Under the pieces are notes generated by a model. That model had not been told where the DNA came from. It worked only from the letters and a program-made list of their open reading frames with translations, and made no database searches. 64,000 bases of DNA from positions 1-64,000 of the IMG/VR virus record IMGVR_UViG_3300033148_004385; one strand, written 5' to 3'. The position numbers and the translations under genes are program-made. This document shows, one piece after another, positions 29,297 through 39,647 of the stretch (its first letter is position 1; every line of letters starts with the position of its first letter). Source of the stretch: an uncultured virus (IMG/VR IMGVR_UViG_3300033148_004385) (Duplodnaviria > Heunggongvirae > Uroviricota > Caudoviricetes).

Positions 29297-30091
29297 TTAT
29301 AAAAAACTGCTGATATTATTACTTCTTACTTTATTTACTTTAATTAATGTTTTACTGGCTTCACTCATTCTTTTTACACCTATATCAAAATATTCTTTAT
29401 CTATTTCAATACCTATAAATTTTCTTTCAATATTAACAGCAGCTACACCAGTAGAAAAACTTCCAGCGGTAAAGTCTAATATTATTTCGCCTTTATTTGT
29501 ATATGTTTTAATTAAATATTCCATCAACTTAACCGGTTTTTGTGTTGGGTGATATCTTTCTTTATCATATTTAAACTTAATAATATTTAATGGAAATCTT
29601 TCACCATTTTTAGATTGTGTTGAATGGGGTTTATAATCACCATATAAAGATGTTGAATTTTTTGATGTTGTTTTATATGCTTTAAAACCAGTTCGCATTT
29701 GAGGATTATAGATTGATTGACTACCATAAAACACACTAATCAATTCAAAACTTCTTAATGGTTGTTTATTAGCATTTAAAAAACCTGTTGCTCGACCTTT
29801 TTGCCATATCCAATCATATTTATAATTTTTTATATTACTCATTCTTAAATAACTACTAAAAGGTTCAATACCAAATAAAATTATTGCACCATTTTTTTTA
29901 ATTAATTTATTTAAGCGAACCCATAATTTATTAAATGGTAATACTTTATCCCAATGAGCAGCAGTTGCTCCATACGGAGGGTCTGTTATTATTGCATCAA
30001 CTTTAACACCTTCTTCTATCAAATAATCCATAACATTTAACGCTTCACCATTAAATACATTTATATTGTCTTTGGTACAATATTTATCCAT
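29297..30091 (-). CDS. DNA adenine-type methyltransferase, beta class
   Basis: ITDPPYG, HPTQKPV, LDFTAGSFSTG, FIGIE. Confidence 0.92.
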   Translation of the reverse strand: MDKYCTKDNINVFNGEALNVMDYLIEEGVKVDAIITDPPYGATAAHWDKVLPFNKLWVRLNKLIKKNGAIILFGIEPFSSYLRMSNIKNYKYDWIWQKGRATGFLNANKQPLRSFELISVFYGSQSIYNPQMRTGFKAYKTTSKNSTSLYGDYKPHSTQSKNGERFPLNIIKFKYDKERYHPTQKPVKLMEYLIKTYTNKGEIILDFTAGSFSTGVAAVNIERKFIGIEIDKEYFDIGVKRMSEASKTLIKVNKVRSNNISSFL

Positions 30092-30095
30092 ATTA

Positions 30096-30392
30096 TTAAT
30101 AAACCTCCACTTCATTTTTATCTCTAATGTCAATCAAAAATTCCATATCTTCTTCTGTTAAAATTTTACCATTCATTTTTATACAACGAACCTCAATCAT
30201 TTCTTCAGCATGTGTATATCCCCTTTTAATTTCAAGAAAATCAATGATAGACATAAAATTATCGTCATCTTCTTTTTCAGCATCAATTATACCATTAACA
30301 CTATCAATACCTTGTACACCTTCAAGTGATGCTTTAATAGCATCCATAATACCATTATTTTTATTTCGTATTTTCTTGTTTTGATTCTTCAT
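30096..30392 (-). CDS. Hypothetical protein
   Basis: 98 aa ORF in the operon with the methyltransferase. Confidence 0.55.
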   Translation of the reverse strand: MKNQNKKIRNKNNGIMDAIKASLEGVQGIDSVNGIIDAEKEDDDNFMSIIDFLEIKRGYTHAEEMIEVRCIKMNGKILTEEDMEFLIDIRDKNEVEVY

Positions 30393-30558
30393 TTTTAACC
30401 TTAATGCTATTTTGTATCTTTTTATTTCTTGCTAATGCTAATACATATTTTTTAATCTTTTTATCAAGTATTTTTTTGTCTCTTGCTTTTTTAAACCCAG
30501 CATACAATTTTAAGTTTTTTTGTGACTTCTTTTTTGTTCTACTTTTACTTTCTCTCAT
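30361..30558 (-). CDS. Small lysine-rich hypothetical protein
   Basis: GAGG RBS, 65 aa. Confidence 0.5.
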   Translation of the reverse strand: MRESKSRTKKKSQKNLKLYAGFKKARDKKILDKKIKKYVLALARNKKIQNSIKVKNEESKQENTK

Positions 30559-30611
30559 GTTAACCTCTATTAAAAAATAAAGTGTAACATGAAATTGATA
30601 TTTAAGGAATA

Positions 30612-31310
30612 TTAAGAATGTTTTTTTGTGAATTCGATTACTTTATTGATTAGTTCTATAAATTCACTCTCTCTAAGCTGAACATCAAATGTACTTTTAA
30701 TAATTTCATTTTGTTGTAACTGCAATTTCTTTTCTTCATGTAAAGATAGTATTCCACACTTACTATATAAGCTCTCATTTATGCTTGTCATCATTGCTTC
30801 AACAACACTTGGGTCGGATACTACGTCTATAGCTCTTAAAACATATTCATCAACCATATAAGCGTTACTGGATTCAGTTACAGAGCCTTCACCTCGACTT
30901 GAAACACCCATGTTAACATCTTTCAGTAAAGATTTTAATAATAAACCTTGTTTTGATTCTAAAACCAAAGCTTTTCCAAAATAAAAATTTGAACCTGGAG
31001 ATTCTTTTCGTAATTCAACTATTTTGATAGCAGCATTTTTTAAGTCCAAGGATAAATAATCTGGGTGCATAATTTCACCTGTAGCCCTATCATCTTTTAT
31101 TAGTTTTTGATAAGTTTGAACGGCTGGTTCTAAAACAGTGTCAGGATATATTCGATGGTTTCCGTTGATTAGATTTTGCTTCAACATAACACCTTCAATG
31201 TATAACCTTTTTTCTGTTTGTTCCGTTATTTTATTTTTAGTGTTTTCATACAATGGTTTCATTTTTATGTCGTCTGTTACATCCATTATTAAACTATGAT
31301 TCATTCTCAC
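30612..31310 (-). CDS. gp21: Prohead core protease (T4 gp21)
   Basis: LYIEG, NGNHRIYP, GEIMHP, GVSSRGEGS, DVVSDPS; true start may be ATG 31304. Confidence 0.92.
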   Translation of the reverse strand: MRMNHSLIMDVTDDIKMKPLYENTKNKITEQTEKRLYIEGVMLKQNLINGNHRIYPDTVLEPAVQTYQKLIKDDRATGEIMHPDYLSLDLKNAAIKIVELRKESPGSNFYFGKALVLESKQGLLLKSLLKDVNMGVSSRGEGSVTESSNAYMVDEYVLRAIDVVSDPSVVEAMMTSINESLYSKCGILSLHEEKKLQLQQNEIIKSTFDVQLRESEFIELINKVIEFTKKHS

Positions 31311-31326
31311 CTCTTTTAAAAAATAA

Positions 31327-31342
31327 TATAAATATATTTATA
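31327..31342. promoter_or_regulatory. Palindromic T4-like late promoter motif TATAAATATATTTATA
   Basis: Perfect palindrome between divergent gp21 and fibre genes. Confidence 0.6.
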
Positions 31343-31357
31343 AACTCTGGGGTGAAT

Positions 31358-31615
31358 ATGAGTAAAACAAGTATAAATACAAGATTAAACACTTTTTTGA
31401 CGGACTTGGGTACATTAAAGGCGACAAGTAAAATTAAATATGTGCGTGTTGTAGAAAAAACAAGTGAATATATTAATATCATAAAAGCTGAAGAAGAAAA
31501 TTATAAAACTGGTAGTGATTTAGATGTAAAATATTCTACATATTTAGATTATTGTGAAAGCATTTTAACAACTTTTACAGGTCTTACAATAAACCATTTG
31601 GAATACTGGAAATAG
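31358..31615 (+). CDS. Small protein paralogous to the N-terminus of the next gene
   Basis: MSKTSINTRLN...GSDLDV..YLD matches MSKASVTTRFN...GSDYDV..YLD; GGGGTG RBS. Confidence 0.7.
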   Translation: MSKTSINTRLNTFLTDLGTLKATSKIKYVRVVEKTSEYINIIKAEEENYKTGSDLDVKYSTYLDYCESILTTFTGLTINHLEYWK

Positions 31616-31627
31616 GAGTTAAAAAAC

Positions 31628-34033
31628 ATGAGTAAAGCAAGCGTAACAACACGGTTTAACATATTTAAAGCAACTTTAGACGCAGAAGCAAATATACATG
31701 TTAAATTAAGAACTTTAGAAAAAGTTAGTTATCATATTGGTAAAATAAGCAATAAACTTGATGAATATCCTAATTTTTATGATGGTTCTGATTATGATGT
31801 AGAATTAATTTATTATTTAGATTTAATAGAAGAAATATATGCTTATTTTTCAGGTGGTTTAGATTTACCAGGCGGTAGTACTACTTTTGTTGATTTAATA
31901 GATACACCAGCAAATATGTCAAATATGTCCGGAAAGCTACTAAAGGTTAATAGTGCTGAAAATGCGATTGAATTTTCAAACATTCTTGAAACAACACAAA
32001 TGAAAAGTGTGGTTAGAAATTCAACAGTGGGTACATTAAACCAATACAAAATTGTTAAAACCGATACTATATATAATACCGAAATACCTAATATTGTTTA
32101 TTTGGAAAACATTGCAAATGATAAACCGATTGGTATATTAGCAACAGATGTTTTAACGGATACAACATCTAAAATTGTAACATATGGGCTTTTACAGGTA
32201 AATGGTTTTAATACAGCTAGTGCCAATATTGGTGATAAAGTGTATGTTGACGATAATGGTGATTTAACTTTATCTTCAGGAAATCTTTCTATTGGTCGTG
32301 TTGCTAGTTTAAGCGCTAATGGGGTTATATTTTTTGATTTCAGTACTAATGATTCAACCGAGTTTGAAAATATGACTGAAACATCAAGTAAAACATTTTA
32401 TATTTCACCAACTGGAAATGATAGTACTGGGGATGGTAGTATTGGTAACCCATATCTTACAATAAATCCAGCTAAAAATAGTTTAAAACCTATAATTAAA
32501 ACTGATATTAATTTTATATATGTAGCTGGCAACCATACCATTGGCAAGGATGATTTTGATTTTAGTAGATTCACAATTGACACCACTTTCACCCAATATT
32601 TTTGGATTGCTGGTAGTTTAAACCAAATCGAAACGACTAGTTTAACAAACACTACAAACTGGTATAAAACAGATGCAACAAAAACTTGGACTGATGATGA
32701 ACATAAAGGTCGTTTTTTATCCACATCTGATGATGCATCTTCATTTCCTACTTTAAAACCTATTTTTGGGAATAACGCAACCGTACTAAAATCTGGTTAC
32801 GGTGCGGTTGGTGGTGCATATACACCAAACCAAATAGTTGAATTAACTACTATTTTAACATTACCAGATGGCAATAAATTAGAGTTTCAAGCACCAAATT
32901 CAAGCGATTTATTTAAAACATCAATATATTTTAACTACATGAATTTGGATAGTGGTAATGACACGTTATTACTTCAATCAAATGATGATTTAGGTAAAAT
33001 TTCAATTTCAAATAATTATATTCTTAATGCAGATGATACCCAATCAATAACAATAAATGGTAGGATAGATTTAACTAACAATTATCTTGAACTAAGAGGT
33101 AGGATATACAACGCAAATGAATTTGTTAGGAATATATTTATAGATGGTAATGCATTTCACATGTTAATGCCAAGGAATTTAGGAGAAAATATTCCGATAT
33201 GGTTTGATGGTTCATTTTTTGATGTTAGGAATGAAATGACGTTTGGGTACCAAAATTCATTCCAATATTTCCAAAGTGTTCTAGCTGCCGGTTACTTTGA
33301 TAATCTTGAAAATCTGTTTGAAGTAAATAGACATTTTCATGTTGAAAATTGTGGGTGTGTTATCGAAACAAGAGGTCAATGCTCTATTGAATTTAAAGGT
33401 GCAACTGATATGATATTAGTTAATACACCTTATTTTATTTGGCATAAATATGGAACATCAAATATGCATATAAAAGCAGATTTAATTAACCTAAATGGCA
33501 CATTACCAACAAAAGAATGGGTAACACCAGATGGTAGTGCAACATGGGATTTTGATTATGATGCTGGGGATGGGAATGTTAGTCATAATATACCAATGCC
33601 GAAAATAAGTGGTATAAATTCAAAATACACTAGCTTACCAAGACATATATCATTTATCGTTCCAAATGTTTACCCAGAAAATTCACCTGAAGAAATTTTA
33701 TCTATTACAAATGGTAATAATTCAGATGTTGTCATTGGTAATTTGGACAATAGAAGTATATTTATTAGGTTAAACGCTGAAAACACTGGAAATACTGAAG
33801 CATGTGTGTGTGATTTTATTATTATAAACATTGATGATACAACGATATCACTTCAAAATAACACTGATTTAACAACCGTTGAAACTGATTCAAATTTAAC
33901 ACCTCAATTATCCGGTTCTGGTGGTATAATATTTACAACATCTGTTAGTGGGAACAACTTGATATTAAACATTAATAATGATACTGGATTAGATATTGAT
34001 ATTAAATATATAATTAACAGAACCTTCAAATAG
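31628..34033 (+). CDS. Virion fibre/decoration protein with beta-helix-like region
   Basis: TFVDLIDTP..GKLLKVN fibre motif, YISPTGNDSTGDGSIGNPYLTI motif. Confidence 0.7.
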   Translation: MSKASVTTRFNIFKATLDAEANIHVKLRTLEKVSYHIGKISNKLDEYPNFYDGSDYDVELIYYLDLIEEIYAYFSGGLDLPGGSTTFVDLIDTPANMSNMSGKLLKVNSAENAIEFSNILETTQMKSVVRNSTVGTLNQYKIVKTDTIYNTEIPNIVYLENIANDKPIGILATDVLTDTTSKIVTYGLLQVNGFNTASANIGDKVYVDDNGDLTLSSGNLSIGRVASLSANGVIFFDFSTNDSTEFENMTETSSKTFYISPTGNDSTGDGSIGNPYLTINPAKNSLKPIIKTDINFIYVAGNHTIGKDDFDFSRFTIDTTFTQYFWIAGSLNQIETTSLTNTTNWYKTDATKTWTDDEHKGRFLSTSDDASSFPTLKPIFGNNATVLKSGYGAVGGAYTPNQIVELTTILTLPDGNKLEFQAPNSSDLFKTSIYFNYMNLDSGNDTLLLQSNDDLGKISISNNYILNADDTQSITINGRIDLTNNYLELRGRIYNANEFVRNIFIDGNAFHMLMPRNLGENIPIWFDGSFFDVRNEMTFGYQNSFQYFQSVLAAGYFDNLENLFEVNRHFHVENCGCVIETRGQCSIEFKGATDMILVNTPYFIWHKYGTSNMHIKADLINLNGTLPTKEWVTPDGSATWDFDYDAGDGNVSHNIPMPKISGINSKYTSLPRHISFIVPNVYPENSPEEILSITNGNNSDVVIGNLDNRSIFIRLNAENTGNTEACVCDFIIINIDDTTISLQNNTDLTTVETDSNLTPQLSGSGGIIFTTSVSGNNLILNINNDTGLDIDIKYIINRTFK

Positions 34034-34043
34034 GAGATAAAAA

Positions 34044-36488
34044 ATGAAAAAAACATTCCATAAACCCATTTTTATAGGGCATGATTATATTGCACCAACT
34101 TCTGATAATGAGGTGATAGTTAAAAAATATGCTGATGATAATTTTTGGAAAAAAAATGTTGTTGCGGTAATAAATAACACAGGTGACACCCTGTTAAAAG
34201 GGAAAATAGTCCACCCAATTGGTGGTGTTGGTGGTCTGGCTGAAATAGAATACGCGGATGCAACATCTTATATAAAGTCCAGATTTATTGGTATGATTAA
34301 TAGTACTATCCTAAATGGTGAAACAGGGGATGCTATTTTATTTGGTCCAGTAACTGGCATAGATACATCAACATTGGCTGTTGGACCTGCTTATCTGGAT
34401 ACTGATGGTGATTTAACATCAGTCAGACCAATTGGTGATAAATTTAACATTGTATGTGGTTTCGTAGATGTTGTTGATGATACAAATGGTGTTATAATTA
34501 TGGATAAAACAATATCCGAATTAACAGCAGAAATAACAGATACAAACGGGTTTCCAGCAAACCAAGTAGTAGCAACAACAATAGCGTTTGTGAATGCAAC
34601 AAGGACGTTTGCAATAGCACCAACAGGTGCTATATTTCATTTTTATCAAAATGGGATTAAATATATAAAAACAACTCAACAAGATATTATTCTGCCTGAT
34701 GTTGAAGGTTTATATTCAATTTACTTTCACGAAGGTGTACTTACATCTGAATTTATTACAACTGGTGAACAAATCAGAATTATAATTCTAAGTAAATGTT
34801 TGGTTACTAATATATATTGGGATGCCACTAATAAAAAGAAAATATATTTCCCTGACGAACGGCATGGTATCAGCATGTCACCAGTAATTCATTCGTATTT
34901 ACATACTACCAGGGGGGCGCAATTTCTATATGGATTAGGATTAGATAATTTCGTCATTGATGCATCCGGCGATGTAGATTCACATGCACAATTTAGTATT
35001 AGTGCTGGTGCAATTATAGATGAAGATTTGGTAACAACTGTAAATTCAATCGGTTCAACAACGGGTATACCAATTTATTACCTTGAAGGCGCTGAACTAA
35101 AAAGATATCAATTTAACGGTGGGTTTCCAGTTTTAAACGCCGGTACTGGAAGATTAGCATTCAATGAAAATGTTGGTGGTAATTGGCAACTAACAGAAGT
35201 TATTAATAATTATTTCGTATTGTACCATATTTTTGCCGTTAATTCAGCAGAAGACAATTTTAAAATAGTTGCTGCAATGGGTCAAACTCAGTACAATACG
35301 TTAAGTAGTGCAAGGGATGGGGCTGGTACTGAAATATCGAATTTGTTAAATGTATTAATTACGGCCGAAGTTGTACCAGTTGGTACTGTGATATACCAAA
35401 CAAGCGATAGTTATACAAATACCGTTAAAGCAAAAACAAGGACAAATTCAGCAGGTGAAGATTATACTGATTGGCGAACCTCAGAGATAGCGCAAGGAGC
35501 GAATCCTAGTTCACATTTGAATTTGTCCAATTTACAATTAGCTGGTCCTGGTATAACTTGGGGTCATATTAATGACCAAACGCAAACAATTGAAGGTGAA
35601 AAAACATTTGATAAACCAATTGCAATAAAAGATTCAATACCAGGTGATGTTACTGCACCAGCGGGTGAATCTAAAATGGGTATAGATGATAATTTGGTAC
35701 CTTGGGTTAAAAATTCTGGTGGTGCGATTAAACACATGTTATCCAGTCGATATAACACCATTGGTATTACCGCAAATCACATTCTTGATTTTGAAAATGA
35801 TAATGTTATAATGTGTAATAATACAATAGATATAACAATAACAATACCAAACACTGATACAATTACTAATGATGGTATTTTTAGAGAATTTTTTATTTTT
35901 AACTTATCAAGTAATGATAGTAAAGTTAATATGACAACATCTGATGGTCAATCATTTATTCAAAATGGTTTAAGTTCAATAAGGTTGAATAAAAATGAAT
36001 TATTCAATTTTGGTGCTGCATACCCAAATGTTGGTGATGGTTTAGCAACAACAGCAACAAGAGCCGTAATTGCACAATTAAGATATAATGGTGCTTGGTC
36101 TTCTGCTTCGTTCACTAGTGCTACACCCGTACCATTTAATACAACCGATAAAGAATGGGACCCAAACGTAATTGAACATAATGATACAACTATATCTAGG
36201 TTAGATTTCAAAGCTGGTGGGTTAGTTGCATTATCGTATTGGTTAGGTATTAATAGTACTGGTGGCAGTACCTATAATGTCACTGGATATTTAAGAAAAA
36301 ATGGAACTACTATTATATCAGGTACCGAGCTACCACCTGGTAATTATGGTGGTGAAGACCAAAGCCTTAGTATTGGAGTGATTTATGAAACTGTTAATGC
36401 AGGTGATTATATCGAATTAATGCTGGTGAATACTAGTTTAACAGGTGATGCAAATAATATTGTATTAACCGCTAAAATGGAAATATAA
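34044..36488 (+). CDS. Virion fibre/decoration protein with C1q/BclA-like C-terminal domain
   Basis: KKYAD, QTIEGEKTF fibre motifs; C-terminal VPFNT...AG...GDYIEL. Confidence 0.7.
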   Translation: MKKTFHKPIFIGHDYIAPTSDNEVIVKKYADDNFWKKNVVAVINNTGDTLLKGKIVHPIGGVGGLAEIEYADATSYIKSRFIGMINSTILNGETGDAILFGPVTGIDTSTLAVGPAYLDTDGDLTSVRPIGDKFNIVCGFVDVVDDTNGVIIMDKTISELTAEITDTNGFPANQVVATTIAFVNATRTFAIAPTGAIFHFYQNGIKYIKTTQQDIILPDVEGLYSIYFHEGVLTSEFITTGEQIRIIILSKCLVTNIYWDATNKKKIYFPDERHGISMSPVIHSYLHTTRGAQFLYGLGLDNFVIDASGDVDSHAQFSISAGAIIDEDLVTTVNSIGSTTGIPIYYLEGAELKRYQFNGGFPVLNAGTGRLAFNENVGGNWQLTEVINNYFVLYHIFAVNSAEDNFKIVAAMGQTQYNTLSSARDGAGTEISNLLNVLITAEVVPVGTVIYQTSDSYTNTVKAKTRTNSAGEDYTDWRTSEIAQGANPSSHLNLSNLQLAGPGITWGHINDQTQTIEGEKTFDKPIAIKDSIPGDVTAPAGESKMGIDDNLVPWVKNSGGAIKHMLSSRYNTIGITANHILDFENDNVIMCNNTIDITITIPNTDTITNDGIFREFFIFNLSSNDSKVNMTTSDGQSFIQNGLSSIRLNKNELFNFGAAYPNVGDGLATTATRAVIAQLRYNGAWSSASFTSATPVPFNTTDKEWDPNVIEHNDTTISRLDFKAGGLVALSYWLGINSTGGSTYNVTGYLRKNGTTIISGTELPPGNYGGEDQSLSIGVIYETVNAGDYIELMLVNTSLTGDANNIVLTAKMEI

Positions 36489-36562
36489 TCCAAAAAGCAC
36501 TGATAGGGGGTGAACTGGTACTACAATAACAGTGCCAAATATACAATATCGAATTAAGTAAT

Positions 36563-37138
36563 TTATACAGGGTATACTTCACGAGGTATAGTTGTATTAA
36601 GTTTAATCCTCATTATTACTGTTTTATCCCCATAATAATAATTATTACGATTACGTTCAGCTTTTAACACACCATCAACCATTTTGCTTTGTTTGTCTTC
36701 TTCAGTTGGTGATATATTTAAGAATTCCATTAACTTTATCCATCCACCAAAATAACCTTCATATGCACTAGAAGTAAAAACAAATATATCTTCGTTTGGT
36801 CTTAATTTTTCATCAATTTTAACACCAACTTGTTCAAGCCACAAAGAATATGTGAGGTGTTTGATTTCTTTACCTTTTTTTAATTGATTTAACTCTTTAG
36901 TGGTAAATCCTTCAACTGGGTTAAAAATATTACTTTTAGGGAAACGATTATTCCCTTTTTTATTTGCACCATTATAATCTAAAAAGTATTTAATTTCTTT
37001 ATGTGAATCAAATACATTTCTATAAATCTCTTTTCCACCTTCTCTTACATGTAAAACACAAACTTGTTATGTTTTACCTACACCCTCATTTAATATTTTA
37101 ATAATATTATTTAAGTGTTCTGTAATGCCATTAAACAT
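36563..37138 (-). pseudogene. Hypothetical gene interrupted by an in-frame TAA
   Basis: GGAGG RBS and ATG 37138, TAA at 37067-37069, then the same frame stays open to 36563. Confidence 0.65.
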
Positions 37139-37168
37139 CTTTACCTCCAAAAAAAAATATAAAAGTAT

Positions 37169-37639
37169 TTACAAATATTTACTCACTTTATTATAATAAA
37201 TAATTCCCCATTTCAATCTAACTTGTTTTTTTGCATTTAATCCAGTGTTATAACTAATTATTGCATTCTTCCAATTACCTTTATGTTGTTTTCTTAACCA
37301 TAATATATATTTTTTTACTAAAAACTTGTTAATATTTGGATTAAGCAATAATTTTTCTATCCCAAAAAAGTTATAATAAGCCTGTAAAAAAAATCTTTGA
37401 TATTTAGATTGTACTATTCTTTTATTAAAAATAACCCACTCACCTGTTTTAAGTCTTATCTGACCAAGCCCAACAGAATAATTATCTTTACTAAAACTGT
37501 CACCTATAGCACTAGAAAGCCCACCTGACTCTACTTTTATTATAGCATCGACGACTTTGTCGGCTTTTTTATTTTCGGCTCTTAGAAACGACGTCACTGA
37601 CATCAGTAATAGAATTAATGTTATTATTTTTGTTTGCAT
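37169..37639 (-). CDS. Lytic transglycosylase (SLT domain) with signal peptide
   Basis: AIIKVESGG, SVGLGQI, AIISYNTG; hydrophobic N-terminus. Confidence 0.85.
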   Translation of the reverse strand: MQTKIITLILLLMSVTSFLRAENKKADKVVDAIIKVESGGLSSAIGDSFSKDNYSVGLGQIRLKTGEWVIFNKRIVQSKYQRFFLQAYYNFFGIEKLLLNPNINKFLVKKYILWLRKQHKGNWKNAIISYNTGLNAKKQVRLKWGIIYYNKVSKYL

Positions 37640-37735
37640 ATTTACTTCCTATTTAAAAATTTAAAATATATATGTTATATTTATATTTTAATTAATAAAG
37701 AAAAAAATGTATAATATATTTTTGAGGTTATTAAA

Positions 37736-38503
37736 ATGACAAGTAGAAAATTCAATGTAAAAAAACTTAAAAAAGAAGTAACTCTTTTTAACATAGATAA
37801 GAATGGTTTAACCATCTATGAATTATTTGATAAGTATAAAGATAATAATAATTTTGTACTTCCAAAGAAACCTAAATATAAAGCATATGCCAGCAACCTA
37901 TATATTGATAAAAAAGTTAATAATGAAATCATATTGTCACATGCACCAGAAATAGGTTTTACATGGGAAGAAATATTAAAGAAATATCCAAAAATAAAAA
38001 TGAATGATTGGGATGTCTCAAATCTTCATAATATGAGTTGGATGTTTTATAATGCAAAATCCTTTAATCAAGATATAAGTAACTGGAACGTTTCAAATGT
38101 TACTAATATGAGTAGTATGTTTAGTGATGCTACTTCTTTTAATGCTGATATAAGCAACTGGGATATATCAAGTGTTACTGATATGAAATATATGTTTTAT
38201 AATGCTAATTCATTCAAGCAGGATTTAACTAAGTGGAATATAAACAGAGTTGAAGAAATATATGGAATCTTTGATTTATGTGAACATAAATATGAAATTA
38301 ATAAATTTAGTAAATATAAAATAAAAATATATTTAAATCACATCAACCCCAAAATAATACACATCGGTGGTTTTGCCGGTACACAAGAAGAAAGTATTAA
38401 ATTCATTAAAAAATATTATAAAACAAAAGTTGAAATAGATGGAAATATAAAAATGATGAATGAATTATTTGATATGGTTAAAAATGAAAATATTATTAAT
38501 TGA
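37736..38503 (+). CDS. DUF285 / BspA-like repeat protein
   Basis: Repeats such as FNQDISNWNVSNVTNMSSMF. Confidence 0.88.
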   Translation: MTSRKFNVKKLKKEVTLFNIDKNGLTIYELFDKYKDNNNFVLPKKPKYKAYASNLYIDKKVNNEIILSHAPEIGFTWEEILKKYPKIKMNDWDVSNLHNMSWMFYNAKSFNQDISNWNVSNVTNMSSMFSDATSFNADISNWDISSVTDMKYMFYNANSFKQDLTKWNINRVEEIYGIFDLCEHKYEINKFSKYKIKIYLNHINPKIIHIGGFAGTQEESIKFIKKYYKTKVEIDGNIKMMNELFDMVKNENIIN

Positions 38504-39458
38504 TGTGGATAGTAAAACCCCAAATATCGCAATAATGAAACTATCGACATATTACAAGAAAAATGGTGATGACGTAGATTTCTTACAATTGAAATTAAAC
38601 GGCTACCCATCAAATAAACGTGTTATAAAAATAGATGCTAAAAATTATAATGCCGTTTATGTTTCTAATATTTTCACAATCAATCAAAAAGGTAGTATTA
38701 ACCAATTAAACCAACTTCCTGAAGAAATTGATTCTTGTGATTTAGATTATAGTTTATATCCACAAAATAAAACAGGATATGGATTTATAACAAAAGGTTG
38801 TATCAGAAAATGTTCTTTTTGTTTTGTTCCAAAAACAGAAGGTAAATTACATTTTTATCAGGAAATTGATGACATCACAAAATATGGTTTTAAAAAAATA
38901 TCATTTATGGATAATAATATATTATCATACCCAGAACACCTAAAAATATTACAGGAAATAATAGATAAAAAAATAAAATGTGATTTCAATCAAGGACTGG
39001 ATATAAGACTAATAAACAATAAAAACATGAAACTCTTAAATAATATTCGCTATAATGGGAAATTAACTTTTGCGTTTGATAATTGGAGTTTTAAAAAAAT
39101 AATTGATTCAAAATTGGTGATTATACAAAAACATGTAAAAACTAATTGGATGTTGAAGTTTTTTGTTTATTATAACCCTATTAATATGGATATCAAGAAA
39201 CTTTTTTTAAGGATAGAATATCTTAAGAATAAAAAAATATTACCCTATTTTATGAGAGATAAAGTTTGTTGGGATGTTGAATTAAAATATTTTTTTATTG
39301 ATTTTGCAGCATGGATTAATCAACCAAGTTTTTTTTGTAATGTAGATTTTTTTACATTCTTAAAAAAGAGATATAAAAATAAAGAATTAAAATATATATT
39401 AAAAAAACGTAATTATACAAATGTCATAATAAATCTAATAACAGAGTTTGATTTTTGA
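38484..39458 (+). CDS. Radical SAM protein
   Basis: PNIAIMKLS N-terminus, TKGCIRKCSFC, MDNN, DFNQGLD. Confidence 0.88.
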   Translation: MKILLIDVDSKTPNIAIMKLSTYYKKNGDDVDFLQLKLNGYPSNKRVIKIDAKNYNAVYVSNIFTINQKGSINQLNQLPEEIDSCDLDYSLYPQNKTGYGFITKGCIRKCSFCFVPKTEGKLHFYQEIDDITKYGFKKISFMDNNILSYPEHLKILQEIIDKKIKCDFNQGLDIRLINNKNMKLLNNIRYNGKLTFAFDNWSFKKIIDSKLVIIQKHVKTNWMLKFFVYYNPINMDIKKLFLRIEYLKNKKILPYFMRDKVCWDVELKYFFIDFAAWINQPSFFCNVDFFTFLKKRYKNKELKYILKKRNYTNVIINLITEFDF

Positions 39459-39472
39459 TATGATTTACATTA

Positions 39473-39503
39473 AGGAGTGAATAATTCGACCTGTTTCACT
39501 CCT
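39473..39503. other. Intergenic inverted repeat
   Basis: AGGAGTGAA-13 nt-TTCACTCCT; no clear U-tract. Confidence 0.45.
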
Positions 39504-39647
39504 GAATAATAAACCAAAATTTACATTTATTATGTTGTAACAAATATATCACATTCATATCATTTAATAAAATATTTTAATAAATTTATTAAATTCATAA
39601 AAAAATATATTATATTAAATAGATGTGATGTTTTAATAGGAGTTAAA

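Noticed and set aside
36497..36535. GCACTG...CAGTGC inverted repeat after the fibre gene as an ncRNA
   Set aside because: Only a 6-bp stem with a long loop and no second copy; it may be a weak terminator between convergent genes.
38660..38720. Radical SAM protein seems to lack the GG-containing segment before LPEEI
   Set aside because: A deletion cannot be confirmed without an alignment; the frame and CxxxCxxC motif are intact.
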